This document shows positions 53,101 to 64,000 of a stretch of 64,000 nucleotides of DNA, piece by piece (position 1 is the first letter of the stretch; every line of letters starts with the position of its first letter). Position numbers and translations under genes: made by a program. The stretch covers positions 75,516,001-75,580,000 of the forward strand of contig NC_079169.1 in NCBI RefSeq assembly GCF_947568905.1. Reading direction: 5' to 3'. The notes beneath the pieces were generated by a model, which ran no database searches, was not told the origin of the DNA, and saw only the letters and a program-made list of their open reading frames with translations. The DNA comes from Ostrea edulis. Lineage: Eukaryota.

Positions 53101-54734
53101 TGAAAATTAACTCCCAATCATTCAACTAAAAGGAGGCCCATGGGTTACATCGCTCACCCGAGTCACCTTGGCCCTACTGTTGTTCAGCTGTTGTGATTTT
53201 TAAAAGATTTTTTGATCAATCTTTATTACCATGAATATTTTTACCCCATATTGTGGCCTCAACCTAGCCCCGAAGAATCACAACATAACTGAAAATGAAT
53301 TCACATAACACAGAGATGCCTGAACACCAATACGACTAACATGATCTTGCTGCTCTGGATAAGACCAAGGTCACAAGGTCATAGACCATGATTTCATATA
53401 AGTCCCGTAGGGATCCGCGTTAGAATAGGTCCTCAGTACCTCCTTGCTTGTCGTAAGAGGTGACTAAATGGGGTGGTCCTTTGGATGAGACCGCAAAAAC
53501 CGAAGTCTCCTGTCACAGCAGGTGTGGCACAATAAAGATCCCTCCCTGCTCAATGGCCATAAGCCCCGAGCATAGGCCTAAATTTTGCAGCCCTTCACTG
53601 GCAGTGGTGACGTTTCCATATGAGTGAAATATTCTCAAGAAGGACGTTAAACAATATTCAATCAAGCAATCTTGCCATAAGAAATCTATATACAAAATAT
53701 GAAAGCTCAATCTCAAATAGTTCAGGAAATATTGAATAAGTCAAAGATTTTAAAAAGTAGGTCAAACTCCAAAGTCACAAGGTCAAACTTCATGAAATGA
53801 TAAGGTCTTGCCATAAAGAATCTATAGATACAAAATCTGAAAATCCTACCTTAAATATTTAGGAGATATTGAATATGTCAGGGTTTCTTTGAAAAGTAGG
53901 TCAAACTCCAAGGTTAAAAAATCAAACATCATAATGTACAAGGTCTTGCCACAAAGATTCTATATATATAAATAAAAGCCCCACCTAAATTATTTTTTAA
54001 TATATTTGATAGGTTGTTTTCTTACAAGTAGGTCAAAATCCAACCTAAAGGTCAAAGGTCATGATATGGAATGAAAGGTCTTGCCACAAGAAATATACAT
54101 ACAAGATCTGAAAGATCTACCTCGAACAATTCAGGACATATCAAATTGGTCAGATTTTTTATCAGAAGTGGTTAAAATTTTCATATCAAGGTCACAAGAT
54201 CAAACATCATTGCATTACATGAAAGGTCTTTCCATAAAGAATAAATATAAAAAATATAAAAGCCCTAGCTTTAATACTTCAAGAGATATTTTTAAAGTTT
54301 CCTTCAATATATCAGCATAATTATAACAGTTTGCTCCCCAATTGTGGCCCCACCCTACCTCCAGAGACCATAATTTGCACAAACTTGAATCTACTCCATG
54401 TCAGGAAGTTTTCATGTAAATTTTCACTTTTCTTGCCAATGATTTTTGAGAAGATTTTTAAAGGTTTTCCCTCTTATATACTCGCATGTAAAACTTTGAT
54501 CCCCTATCATGACTCAACCTTACCCCTGCGAGTCATGATTTGAACAAACTTGAATCTGCATTATATCAGGAAACCTGCAAGTAAATTTGAACTTTTCGGG
54601 CCTAGTTGTTCTTGAGAAGATTTTTAAATGACCCCATCCTATTTTTGTATTTTCATGATTATTTCCCCTTTGAAGGGGCATGGTCATTCATTTGAACAAA
54701 CTTAAATCCCTTAAACCCGAGGATGTTTTTGGCC

Positions 54735-54776
<42 letters not shown>

Positions 54777-55157
54777 AAAAATGTGAAAAGTTTACAGACA
54801 GACGGATAGACAATAGACAAATGGTGATCATAATAGATCATTTGAGCTTTCAGCTCAGGTGAGCTTATAAAAATGACATCAAAAACAAAACCATGGCAAC
54901 AACATTGATATCAACACAGACTTGCAGGAGTAATTTGATTTCTGGAGATGGTCACAGAAAAGTAAATGATGTGTGTAGAGTGTCTGAGCAGAACATGTGA
55001 ATTGTTTTTATACCTCTTTGAACCAATCCAGTACTTTCTGTAACTGTTTTTCTTTCAAGCATCCATCATTTAAACATTCAACCAACTCTGGGAAAAGCCT
55101 GTCAAACTCTCCCAATTCATCCAATTTAGCTTTTTTGGAAGCTGGGTTGTGGTTCAT
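41115..55157 (-). CDS. FDPS: Farnesyl diphosphate synthase, 8 coding exons, 353 aa
   Basis: Exons (minus strand): 55157-55014, 52664-52530, 50407-50327, 47829-47707, 46687-46523, 43649-43572, 42604-42470, 41315-41115. Total 1062 nt; all introns are GT-AG and phase 0. Motifs: [18 protein letters not shown] (FARM with two aromatic chain-length residues), [30 protein letters not shown] (SARM), GKIGTDI, KIYKR. Confidence 0.97.
41710..42241 (+). mobile_element. Helitron/HINE-like element with three GATAAGCCATATAGGA repeats and a 3' hairpin
   Basis: Repeats near 41745, 41867 and 42138. Ends AAAAACAATACGTCTCCCCCTGGGGAAGGGGAGACATAA. Confidence 0.5.
43997..45077 (+). mobile_element. Deu-domain-like SINE with a non-tRNA head, interrupted by a DNA element
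   Basis: 43997-44192 plus 44996-45077 rejoin into the same SINE seen intact at 53402 and 60901. Confidence 0.85.
44193..44995. mobile_element. Non-autonomous hAT-like element with a 5-bp target duplication
   Basis: TIRs CAGGGTTTGAAATTA / TAATTTCGAACCCTG, subterminal ACTAGTCCG-like repeats, and CTTTA at 44188-44192 and 44996-45000. Confidence 0.85.
50750..50874. mobile_element. Short palindromic MITE
   Basis: AATCCTTCATTATTTACTCGTGTGGGATAGGGAAATTCCA is inverted to TGGAATTTCCCTATCCCACAGGAGTAAATAATGAAGGATT. Confidence 0.6.
52647..52973 (-). repeat. 12 x 27-bp tandem repeat of the FDPS intron-1/exon-2 junction
   Basis: Minus-strand unit GT(A/G)T(T/C)(G/T)TAG|GTTTC(A/G)GAGTATAATGTT. Acceptor positions run from 52961 to 52664, a distance of 297 nt = 11 x 27. 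Confidence 0.97.
53123..54868 (-). mobile_element. Composite HINE-like element with a nested SINE
   Basis: Colinear with 43720-46096. Located in FDPS intron 1. Confidence 0.7.
53402..53670 (+). mobile_element. Deu-domain-like SINE with a non-tRNA head
   Basis: GTCCCGTAGGGATCC...GGTCCTTTGGATGAGACCGCAAAAACCG...CCATATGAGTGAAATATTCTC, ending in a CAAT tail. Confidence 0.85.
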
Positions 55158-57759
55158 GCTGACTGCTGTCCCTAAAACTAAAAGGAAACTAACATTTTGA
55201 TTATGATACCGGTACATGAATAAAACTAACACCGGGGGGGGGGGGGGGGGGGGGGGGGTGTTAAAATTGAGATCAATTTTCTAATTGTCCATGGATCTAA
55301 CATAAAGGAACATAAGTGTACAAGGACAGATTGAGATAATTAATAGAGCAAATATAATTCTTGAGAGGAAAAACACATATTTGTATGCAAGTGGATCCAG
55401 TAAATTTTGAAAGGGAGATCAACATGTAGGTGTTTGGGGATTGTCTTGTCTTTGGAGCCCAACAGAGGCTTAGTGCTGCCCCACTCCAGAAAGTTCATGA
55501 AACACAGCTTAAGCTAGAAACAGTTTTCAAGGTAAAATCACAAATATTTGACTAAAATGTTCCTGTCAGATAATGTTTCCATAGAAGTTTAAGGGTGGGT
55601 GGGGGAATTTCCAAAAGCTGGTAATTCATTCAGTATCACAGTAAACAAGAGTGCAGATGAAACTTTTCGACTAGTTGGTGAAGTCCAGGGGCACAGCCAC
55701 CAGAAGCTGTTGGATCCAACAAATCATGATGGAAGGATCCAGCAGGGTGGATGGTGGTCTGGAAATTTGCCTTGTAATTGGTTTTTCAATAGACCAAAGG
55801 TTATAGTGCTTCCGAGATTTCCCTTCCCCCCAAGATCCCTTTATATAAATCAATGTATTACTTTATAAATCTCTGTTTAAAACCATTCATAATAAGAGCA
55901 CAATATGTACAATTAAATTAAAGCATGCAATATATCATTTATGTCCTTACACTTCTTTGACGCAGTCTTCGAAATTAGCCACTGGCCTGAAGATCAACTC
56001 CAGTAAAATTGGGGTTGAGCTTATGAAAATACTAGTACAGCTGTCCATATACAAGACCATCAGGCCTGTGTTCTTCATCAATATCACTGACCTTCTGTTA
56101 AATCATATTACCATATACTAAGATGGAATAATGACTGTTAATCAAAATCATAATAAAGATATTTCTATCACACTTAACTGATTTTGATTTGATCCCTTTT
56201 AAATGTGGTCTAATATACTCTCTTCAACATTCTTTAAAATATGAGAAAAACAATTCTTTGTGTTTGATTTTGGCCAGTAAATTTCCTTTTCGTTTAGTAC
56301 AGATCATCTAGAGGCATAAATGGCCATTGTTCAAAATAGTTTTCCCTCCCTCAAGACTGTTGATGACCACCACTGGGGGTCAGAAGATCCAAGTTTTACA
56401 CATTTGTACAATGTATTAGAAAACCTTAGCTAGTAAAAACAACAGTCCCCTGGTATCTTATTATGCAAGTGTTTAATATAAGTGTTATAAATTTATAGGG
56501 ATCTATGCCTTATCCCTGCAAAGTTGCTCAACCCCTTCCTCAAATGCAACCCAAGTATTTTCTTACTTGTTTAATTAATTACAGAAAACATTTCTAAGGT
56601 TTTTAGAATTTCTTCAATATGCATTCTTTTATGAAATTTTTTATGCAATCTGTGCTGTGTGGTTAAAACAGTGGAGTAATCGAAAAAGTTTCAAATATAT
56701 GCATATTTTCATTCATCCTACTTATAAACAGAGAACCCTAGAGAACTTTAGAAAACCCTGGATATTTTTAATTATTACAAGTGTGTAGACTGTTTGACTA
56801 TATAAATTATTGATGACAGCAAATATATTAATCAAAGTCACAAATTTCCATCCATCTATAACGCCTTGTATTCAGTTTATCAAAGATATGCAATTTCTCT
56901 TCACTTTTTAATTTTCGTAATTTTCTATATTCATATAAATAATTAAATATATATAATCATGATCAGTTGAACATCGCAATTTGTCAAAAAGCTAAATTTT
57001 CGTATGTCCAATTTAAACAAATTTCACAACTAATTCTGGAAAATATGAATTATCACAGTACTTTGAGTTCTTTATATCACAGTTGTCGAAAACTGTTGGT
57101 CCTGTTGGCAAGGCCTGTAAAAAATTCCCTCGATCGATAACTTGCTAGAAAATGTCAGTCCATATAACCGTTTGAAAATATCGGGTGTGATCCGATTATT
57201 TTAGAGCTTCGGTTCGGGATGGGCAAGTGGAAATCACTCAAAAAACATTGCCGCACACCCAATCAAATTTGTGAAAGGTTCTCTACCCAGGAAGAAAAGA
57301 CTGGTCATGGTAGCTCAGTGGTAAAGCATTTGCTTCATAACTGGAAGGTCGTGAGCAAACTTCCACCAGAGTTCGTTTGCTCACAAACCAAACTCTTCCA
57401 CTTAGGCATTATGGGATAGCGATTTCTGAGGCCGCGTATACTGTGACGTCACTGTAGAATGACGAAAAAACATAACGTCAAACGTAAACAACTTTCAAAA
57501 CAAGAACGTAAACATCAAGTTCATTACTTTACACAATAATTTGAACAGAGTCTCCATACTTTATAATGATCTTTTGATCATTTTTTGTTTAAAATAAAAT
57601 CCATACTTTTATATTTATGCTCTTAATATCAATATCTTCAAACTTTTAACTGCGAACTACTTCTTTAGTGTTATTTGCCTGCGTGATAATCGCGGACTCA
57701 CAATATACAAATCTGTATATTGTGCTGCGTCACATAGGAGAGGTCTATTCGTAGGTGAC

Positions 57760-58047
57760 GTAATGAGGCCTCGACGGGGAGTTTGGGTCGTGAGTTCAAG
57801 TTCTGCTCGTGCCATGGCCACGTCAGATAAAAGATAAATATATCCTCGCCAAATGCTCAGCATTTAGCAGCGAGTCACAGTCTTTCAGATATGACCTCCA
57901 ATGTCGCGGCAGGTTTTAACACGTTAAAGAACCCTCACTACTACTACATTGAGTCAGAGTACAAAGCATAGATCTAAATTTGTGGTATTTCACCTACAGC
58001 TGGTGACGTCTCAATATGAGGGGAAAATTCCTGATGGGACATAAAAT
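57760..58047 (+). mobile_element. Degenerate tRNA-headed SINE
   Basis: B-box-like GTGAGTTCAAG and the shared tail TGGTGACGTCTCAATATGAG. Boundaries are approximate. Confidence 0.5.
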
Positions 58048-58621
58048 AAAGAACTTGGCAAGTAAAGAAAAAAATGCTGAACCTGGACCACTTAAAAAAT
58101 TATGAAGACTTCCATGGTGTTTATGAGTTCCAAGATGGCTGGAAAACTGACCGTATTTGGCTGGATATAAGTGGGAGATGCATTGCTGTTAAAATAAAAA
58201 CAGTTTGGTGGAGTTCATTTTTCTTTGTTCTTTCTATGCAATACAGGGCACATGTATCTGGTCTGAAAAAACTTTGTCCGGTCTGACAGAACCTTTAACT
58301 CTGTCAGATCAAATGTCTGACAGTGATTCAAAAATTTTGACAACTCTGTAAATTAATTAGATCAGGATTAACAAGATCACAAAATTTAACGAGCAACGAA
58401 GAAGAGCATTTTTCTCCAATAAAATCGGTTATAGATGGATGAAAATTGGTTTGATTTATAATTTGCACTTGCTATCATTAATAACCAAGGTAGTCAAACA
58501 GTTTACATACTTGTAATAATTACACATGTATTCATTAAAAGATAGAATTCTCCTTACAGACATGGACAGGCATAATTACATAAAACATATTTTATTTTCC
58601 AATCAAGGGCCCTCAAGGGGC

Positions 58622-59457
58622 GGTAGCAGGTCGTTCCGTCCCACAGTCGGTCCGTCCCTAGTCGGTCCGTCCCATGGTCGATTCAGCCCATTTTACTTAG
58701 TCGATCCGGCCCCTCCAATTTTTTTTATCAAAGATATAATAAATGAATAATTACTTAAGACAAAGGGACGTTTTTGCATATATATTGCAGTTAGTTATCA
58801 AAATTAGATAACTGGCGATGGTGTTTAGTAGATTTATAGCACAGACTGCCCAGTAGGGCCCCTGCTATTAGATAACTGCCGAAGTTAGACGTGTAAATAA
58901 AATTGTTTATTCAGGATTTATAATTTTTGTTTGAAGTGCGATGGTTATGAAAATGTGTGCTCATTAACTATTGTAGATACATCGTTATTTAAATATGTAT
59001 AGCAATCAATGTAAATGTGTGTCCCCTGTCCACTGATCATTGTGAAAACACCTGAGTGCAAACAGTTTTATAACTGCATTGTTGTGCAACCTTTGATAAT
59101 TAATTACGAGCTTACAGTAACCTAATTATTCTTTGTATTGAAAATGAAGCCCTTTTTATCGAATATTGTGATGTGTATAATGATCTTTGAAAAAGCTGTC
59201 AAATATCAAAACAGCGTATCATTGTCATCCTACCTGATGACAGAAGATATCAGCGGAACACACACCATAAAGATAAAATACGCAAATGAATTAAACCAAT
59301 TCAGTACTGTAAATAGCTTGGAAAAAAGTAATTATTTTTTCTGGGCCGGATCGACTAGGGGACGTATTAACTATCGGACGGGTAGTCTAGGGACGGATCG
59401 GTAATGGGACGAATCGACTAAGGGACGGATTGATAATGGGACGGAACGTCTAGAAAG
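58622..59457. mobile_element. MITE with inverted subterminal GTCCGTCCC repeat clusters
   Basis: CGTTCCGTCCCA is inverted to TGGGACGGAACG. A CTCAAGGGGC direct repeat lies at 58612-58621 and 59458-59467. Confidence 0.6.
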
Positions 59458-60900
59458 CTCAAGGGGCAACATGAAAATATATACAAGTAAAGAAAAAAGT
59501 GATTACATAACACAGTTACATGCAAATACAGTGTCACATATCGTTCAAAATAAATTTTCCAGTTATACATCCTGGATGTTAATCTCAGCGAGATTCGTCA
59601 ATTCTAGATATTTAGACCGACGCTTCTTATGGGAGATGTCCAGCCTTGACGAATCTCGCGGAGATTACCTGAATGTATGCTATGCAGCTCATGCCTGTCC
59701 ACTTCTCGATGAGAATCTCAAGAAATGGGTAGACAAGAACCAAAAGGCCGCATGATTCCACAGTTTTAGGGAAACAGCATTGAATATACTTCATAGTTTG
59801 AGAGGATTTATGGCACCATAAATCAGTAGATTAAATCTTAATTTAATAACGTTAGATCTATCGCACATTTATAGCCTATTAGGCCTAATATCTAGGCCTA
59901 CCACACTGTACCAGGTACTGTAGGCATTTTGTCATATTGGGTATTAGAAAAATAGTACGAAAATTTGTTACAAAACCTCGATCAATTTAACTACATAAAT
60001 TCACAAATTTCGAATTAACTTTTAGTATAACATATGCATCATTGCATTCAACACACGTGCAAACGTATGGCCTTCTCTTGAGAAAATTCGAACTACGATT
60101 ACGAACGTCCTCCTAAATTGCAATGACAAACGTTACAGTCAAAGTAGATCTGAGTCTACATGTTTAAATAAAACAATTACTTATTCTTGCTAAAAATTTC
60201 AGTAGCAATTGCTATCCAGACATGACTCTTTCAGCATAAGCTCAGCATACCAGGATTTTTAATCAAGAGTGACCTACCCTTGAGTAGAAAATGACTTAAA
60301 TCAAAGTACTGATAGTACTAATAGACAGTGGCGTTGGATTCATTTTGTAATAATAATTCAGTAATGGTAAAACAAAATAAATCAGTATTTCCTTCCTGTC
60401 GGGATTCCCAGTCGTTAGAATTTATAAAGATCCATACGCACAATCGGATTCGCAGTCGTTAGAATTTATCAAGATCCATACGCACAATGTTCACAACTGT
60501 ATCGCATTATACGAGGAAATGATATTTCATTATAACAGGTAAAAATATCAAAGGCAACACATTGGAAATACAAATATTATATATACAACTCTCAATAATC
60601 AAATTTATCCCTTTAAGATAAATACAGTTATTGAGAATGACTAGTTTGACAAACTTGTATATTCTGCAGTGCAATTCAATTTTTCCGGAACAATGCGGTC
60701 CTTTCTTGACACCAGATTTAGTCAATAAATAGTCCTAACACGAGCATGCGCTCTCGACCTTTTCATTTTCATCCTTGTGCAAATGCAGACGAATTCAATA
60801 CTCTTAATAACATACAGACAGTATTAACAGACAAACCTTATCCTACAGTTCCCAATAACATACGGTCTGATGACCTTATTTAGAGATAGGCCTTATGTAT

Positions 60901-61163
60901 GTCCCGTGGGATCCGGGTTAGAATAGGTCCTCAGTACCACTTTCTTGTCGTAAAAGGCGACTAAATAGGACGGTCATTCGGAAGAGACCGCAAAAACCAC
61001 GGTCCCATATCACAGCAGGTGTGACAAGATAAAGATCCCTCCCTGTACAATTGAAGGCCGAGCATAGGACAAAATTTTGCAGCCCCTTACCGGCAATGGT
61101 GACATCTCCATACGAGCGAAAGATTCTCGATGTTAAACAATATACATGTACAACCAACCAACC
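60901..61163 (+). mobile_element. Deu-domain-like SINE with a non-tRNA head
   Basis: Same 5' end (GTCCCGTGGGATCCGGGTTAGAATAGGTCCTCAGTACC), core and CAAC tail as the copies at 43997 and 53402. Confidence 0.85.
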
Positions 61164-62263
61164 GTACACACCTTATTAACATACAGACCTTATTAATAAC
61201 TCCCAACAGTGTGGAATGAATGGTGTGTAGAAATTTATTCATCTTCAGGAGAAACCACATTTACCAAAAGAGGGGTGGGGTGGGGTGGGGGTTTCTCCAT
61301 AAGGCATGCATTTTGTTTTAGAATAGTCTAACAATAGAGATAATTTATGATGTAAGAAATCATACATTCTCTGAGCCACATTAGACGACAGATCCCTACT
61401 AATAAATTTTATTTAAAGTGTTACACACAATATTGAAGTTAAACTATCCATTAATACATAATTTACTTCTGGCATCTAAAAAAATTCCATTAAAATACAA
61501 TCAATACTAGTTTGCTTGATGTTCGAATTAGTCTGTTGTAATAATGACGCGATTAATCAAAGGAATGGTTTCCATTGAACAGAATCAGCATCGGAACAGT
61601 TTATAGATTTTAATTTCCCAGAGTTAAAGAAGCATTCGACATGTTGCAATTTATCAGAATCCCAACGATTTGTCTTCAAAACATATGTACCTTTCATGTA
61701 AATGAAGTGTAATAAAACCATCATAATTATATACCTGTACCTACCTTATACTGAAATTTTAACCAACACAATAATGCATCTAATTTGAAATTTTAAAAAA
61801 TACAAACATAAGATTTTGTGAAAGGATTATTTTATTGGAAATTTGCGAGTAAGTAATTAATTAAAATGAAAATGGAAACATTACCAAATGATTGATCGGG
61901 CATAATGTTACGATTAATAATTGATTGCTTAACCTACTGCTCCCCTGAGATGACATCTCAAGGTGTGAGGTTCTACCTGACGATTGCTTAATCTGAGTTG
62001 TATTTGATTTGAAACTGTGGATACAAATTTCTAAGCTGCAGCACTGCCTGGTCTCCTGTACCACACGTAGGCAGATAATCTGGATACAAGAAACTTTTAA
62101 TTCTAATGATAAATTTGCATTGAGGAAATTGATTTAAAAGGTAGATCTTGCAAGATATACGTAAGCATGGTCCAATTACCGTTTAATTTGTGCTAAAATA
62201 ATTCGTTTTGAAATGTACAACAGACTATACCTTGGAGCCATGCTGTATTGTGTATAAGGCAAT

Positions 62264-63708
62264 ATGATGTCAACTCTGATACACCCAAAAGAAACAGGGG
62301 GAGAAAGTAAGAGTGAACAATCAGCTGATGGTCGGAATACCTCAGACTCGGAAGATGGAGATGTCGGAAAAAGAAATAAATCCCTCCGCAAACTTTGGTG
62401 GGAATTTCTATCTGAGACGACCTGTCATGGCTTCGGAAGAGTAACCATAATACAAAGAAATAGGATACGGGGGTAGGTATGCTTCGTTGATAATTTCTGA
62501 TTCGTAAATTCGCATTGAATGAATCTTAATTCTGTCGAATTCACGCTGATATCCAATGTCGCGGAGAGTATACTCCCCATGTGGCATTCATACTAGAGTG
62601 ACTTATGTTCCTTTAAAAATAATTCAGAGTGTATTTGCAATCTGTGTACATGCTTGGTATTTTGGAATTAGTATTTTTACAATTTCATAATTTCAAGAAT
62701 TTGTGAATTCCATACCCGACTGTGAACAAGAGGTAACATTTATTGAAGTCACTATCTGATTCATGTGCATGGTTTGCATTGTGATGTCACGTGACATTCA
62801 TAATCTAATGGGGTGCTTTTTGTAAAGAAAATTTCATGGGATGAATTTACAGTTTAGAATAGTTTAAGCTCTTATATGCATTCACAAATGACAAGGCTTG
62901 CCAATACATCATCCACAAACCACTCTCAACATTTAATTAGCGATAGCCAACCATCAAATCTCTAAGACGGTAATCATAGTTTTATTATTTCCTATATATC
63001 TAAAAAAAAAAATAAAAAATCGACCTTGAGCTTAAATAATTACCTAATATATTTTGCGGAATGTCCTTGATTGTACATGTATTCAAATTAAATGTTCTGA
63101 ATTCCCGGACATGTCGAACTTTGCAATACATGCTAAATGATCCTTATTTTTTTCCTTCACACAGACTTCTTTGGATATCCTTCCTGTTAACTTCGATGAC
63201 GTTTGTCGCTGTGTGTTTGGTACAGGAATTTCAGAGTTACTTTTCGTATCCATTTACTAGTAAATCTTTCCTAGAAACTTTCGAAAGAATGCCATTTCCT
63301 GCCGTAACCATCTGCAACATGGGCTCCAAGAATCGGTCAAAATCCTCCAAATCCCAGAAGGACGCAGACTATTGGTTGTCGGTCTCGAGTGTTGCTGTTT
63401 TTGCCACCAAAAAGGTGGACTGGAATGATTCTTATTACAGAGAAAACGGATATTTTGAACCAAATAGTTTGGAAAAGGAATTGAATATCAGCATGGATGT
63501 TTCCAAGTTCATTTTGTTCAGTACCTTTGATTTTATGACTGAATTAGTATTCAAACCCACTCTGACGTCATTAGGGATCTGCCACACGTGGAATGGGGAC
63601 GGGAACGTGACGACGAAGATGACCGGCTCTCTGTACAATTTGCGTGTAATGCTGGACATACACAGGGATCTGTACGAATTTGGTTTAACAGCCACAACTG
63701 GTGTCAAG
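62264..63708 (+). CDS. DEG/ENaC (ASIC/FaNaC superfamily) sodium channel subunit, first two coding exons; gene continues off the right edge
   Basis: Exon 62264-62472 (phase-2 donor GG|GTAGG) joins exon 63165-63708 (acceptor CACACAG|, donor AAG|GTCATA). It shows the pre-TM1 EFLSETTCHG motif, hydrophobic TM1, FPAVTICN, LGICHTWN and GVK. Confidence 0.9.
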
Positions 63709-63943
63709 GTCATATTTCTAGATAGAGCTATGAAATATTTGATAGTGTGTATAAAATGTTATTTTTGTAACTCTTTCGTTAAAGCAGGTGGGGTTTCCCC
63801 CCGACTTTGTCTGATCGTCTTAATTCACACTTTGGCTTCCTGTCGAAATGGATCTCTTAGAATAGTTACTATGCATGTATACCAATTGGAAGTTTGTAAT
63901 TCATACATTATCAACTGAGCTAAAGTAATGTTGGTTTGTTTAT

Positions 63944-64000
63944 ACAACTCAACAGTATGACAAACGGGATGATTTCAGCTTCTCCATCGTCAACTTCTCA
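63944..64000 (+). mobile_element. Start of a 5'-truncated Penelope-like RT fragment
   Basis: Reads TTQQYDKRDDFSFSIVNFS, the YDKRDDF motif of this RT class. Cut by the window edge. Confidence 0.65.

Noticed and set aside
20033-55258. Long poly-G runs (about 20033, 23384, 51604, 55234) as G-quadruplex regulators
   Set aside because: Simple homopolymers with unreliable length and no other support for function.
57442-57452. Perfect CRE palindrome GTGACGTCAC near the FDPS 5' region
   Set aside because: It appears to sit in repeat-like sequence, and a single motif without a mapped TSS is not evidence.
60400-60488. Two-copy 44-bp tandem duplication
   Set aside because: A local slippage duplication in intergenic DNA with no associated feature.
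60861-60895. Hammerhead ribozyme at CTGATGA just upstream of a SINE
   Set aside because: A CCT/AGG stem follows, but the required GAAA does not.

Overview
AT-rich, intron-containing animal genomic DNA. The repeat families resemble those of an oyster or related bivalve (inference from memory, not a database search). I could assemble six protein-coding loci by hand. On the minus strand: the first coding exon of a Ras-like GTPase (786-840) and a complete 8-exon farnesyl diphosphate synthase (41115-55157, 353 aa). On the plus strand: a complete 13-exon ALG8 (8864-21311, 519 aa) with an AT-AC U12-type intron, two divergent intronless C1QBP/p32 (Mam33) paralogs in tandem (29756-30529, 35589-36377), and the first two exons of a DEG/ENaC channel (62264-63708). 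The rest is dense with transposons: two decayed mariners, four TIR elements built from 21-bp repeats, hAT-like and other MITEs, Deu-domain SINEs, Penelope-like and RTE fragments, and HINE-like elements with satellite cores. The most notable observations are the tandem intronless C1QBP pair and a 12 x 27-bp amplification of an FDPS intron/exon junction in which only the last acceptor avoids an in-frame stop. Also of note are a minisatellite of branch-point/AG decoys before ALG8 exon 4, the AT-AC intron, and a structured non-tRNA SINE head. No CRISPR array, rRNA or true tRNA gene was found.
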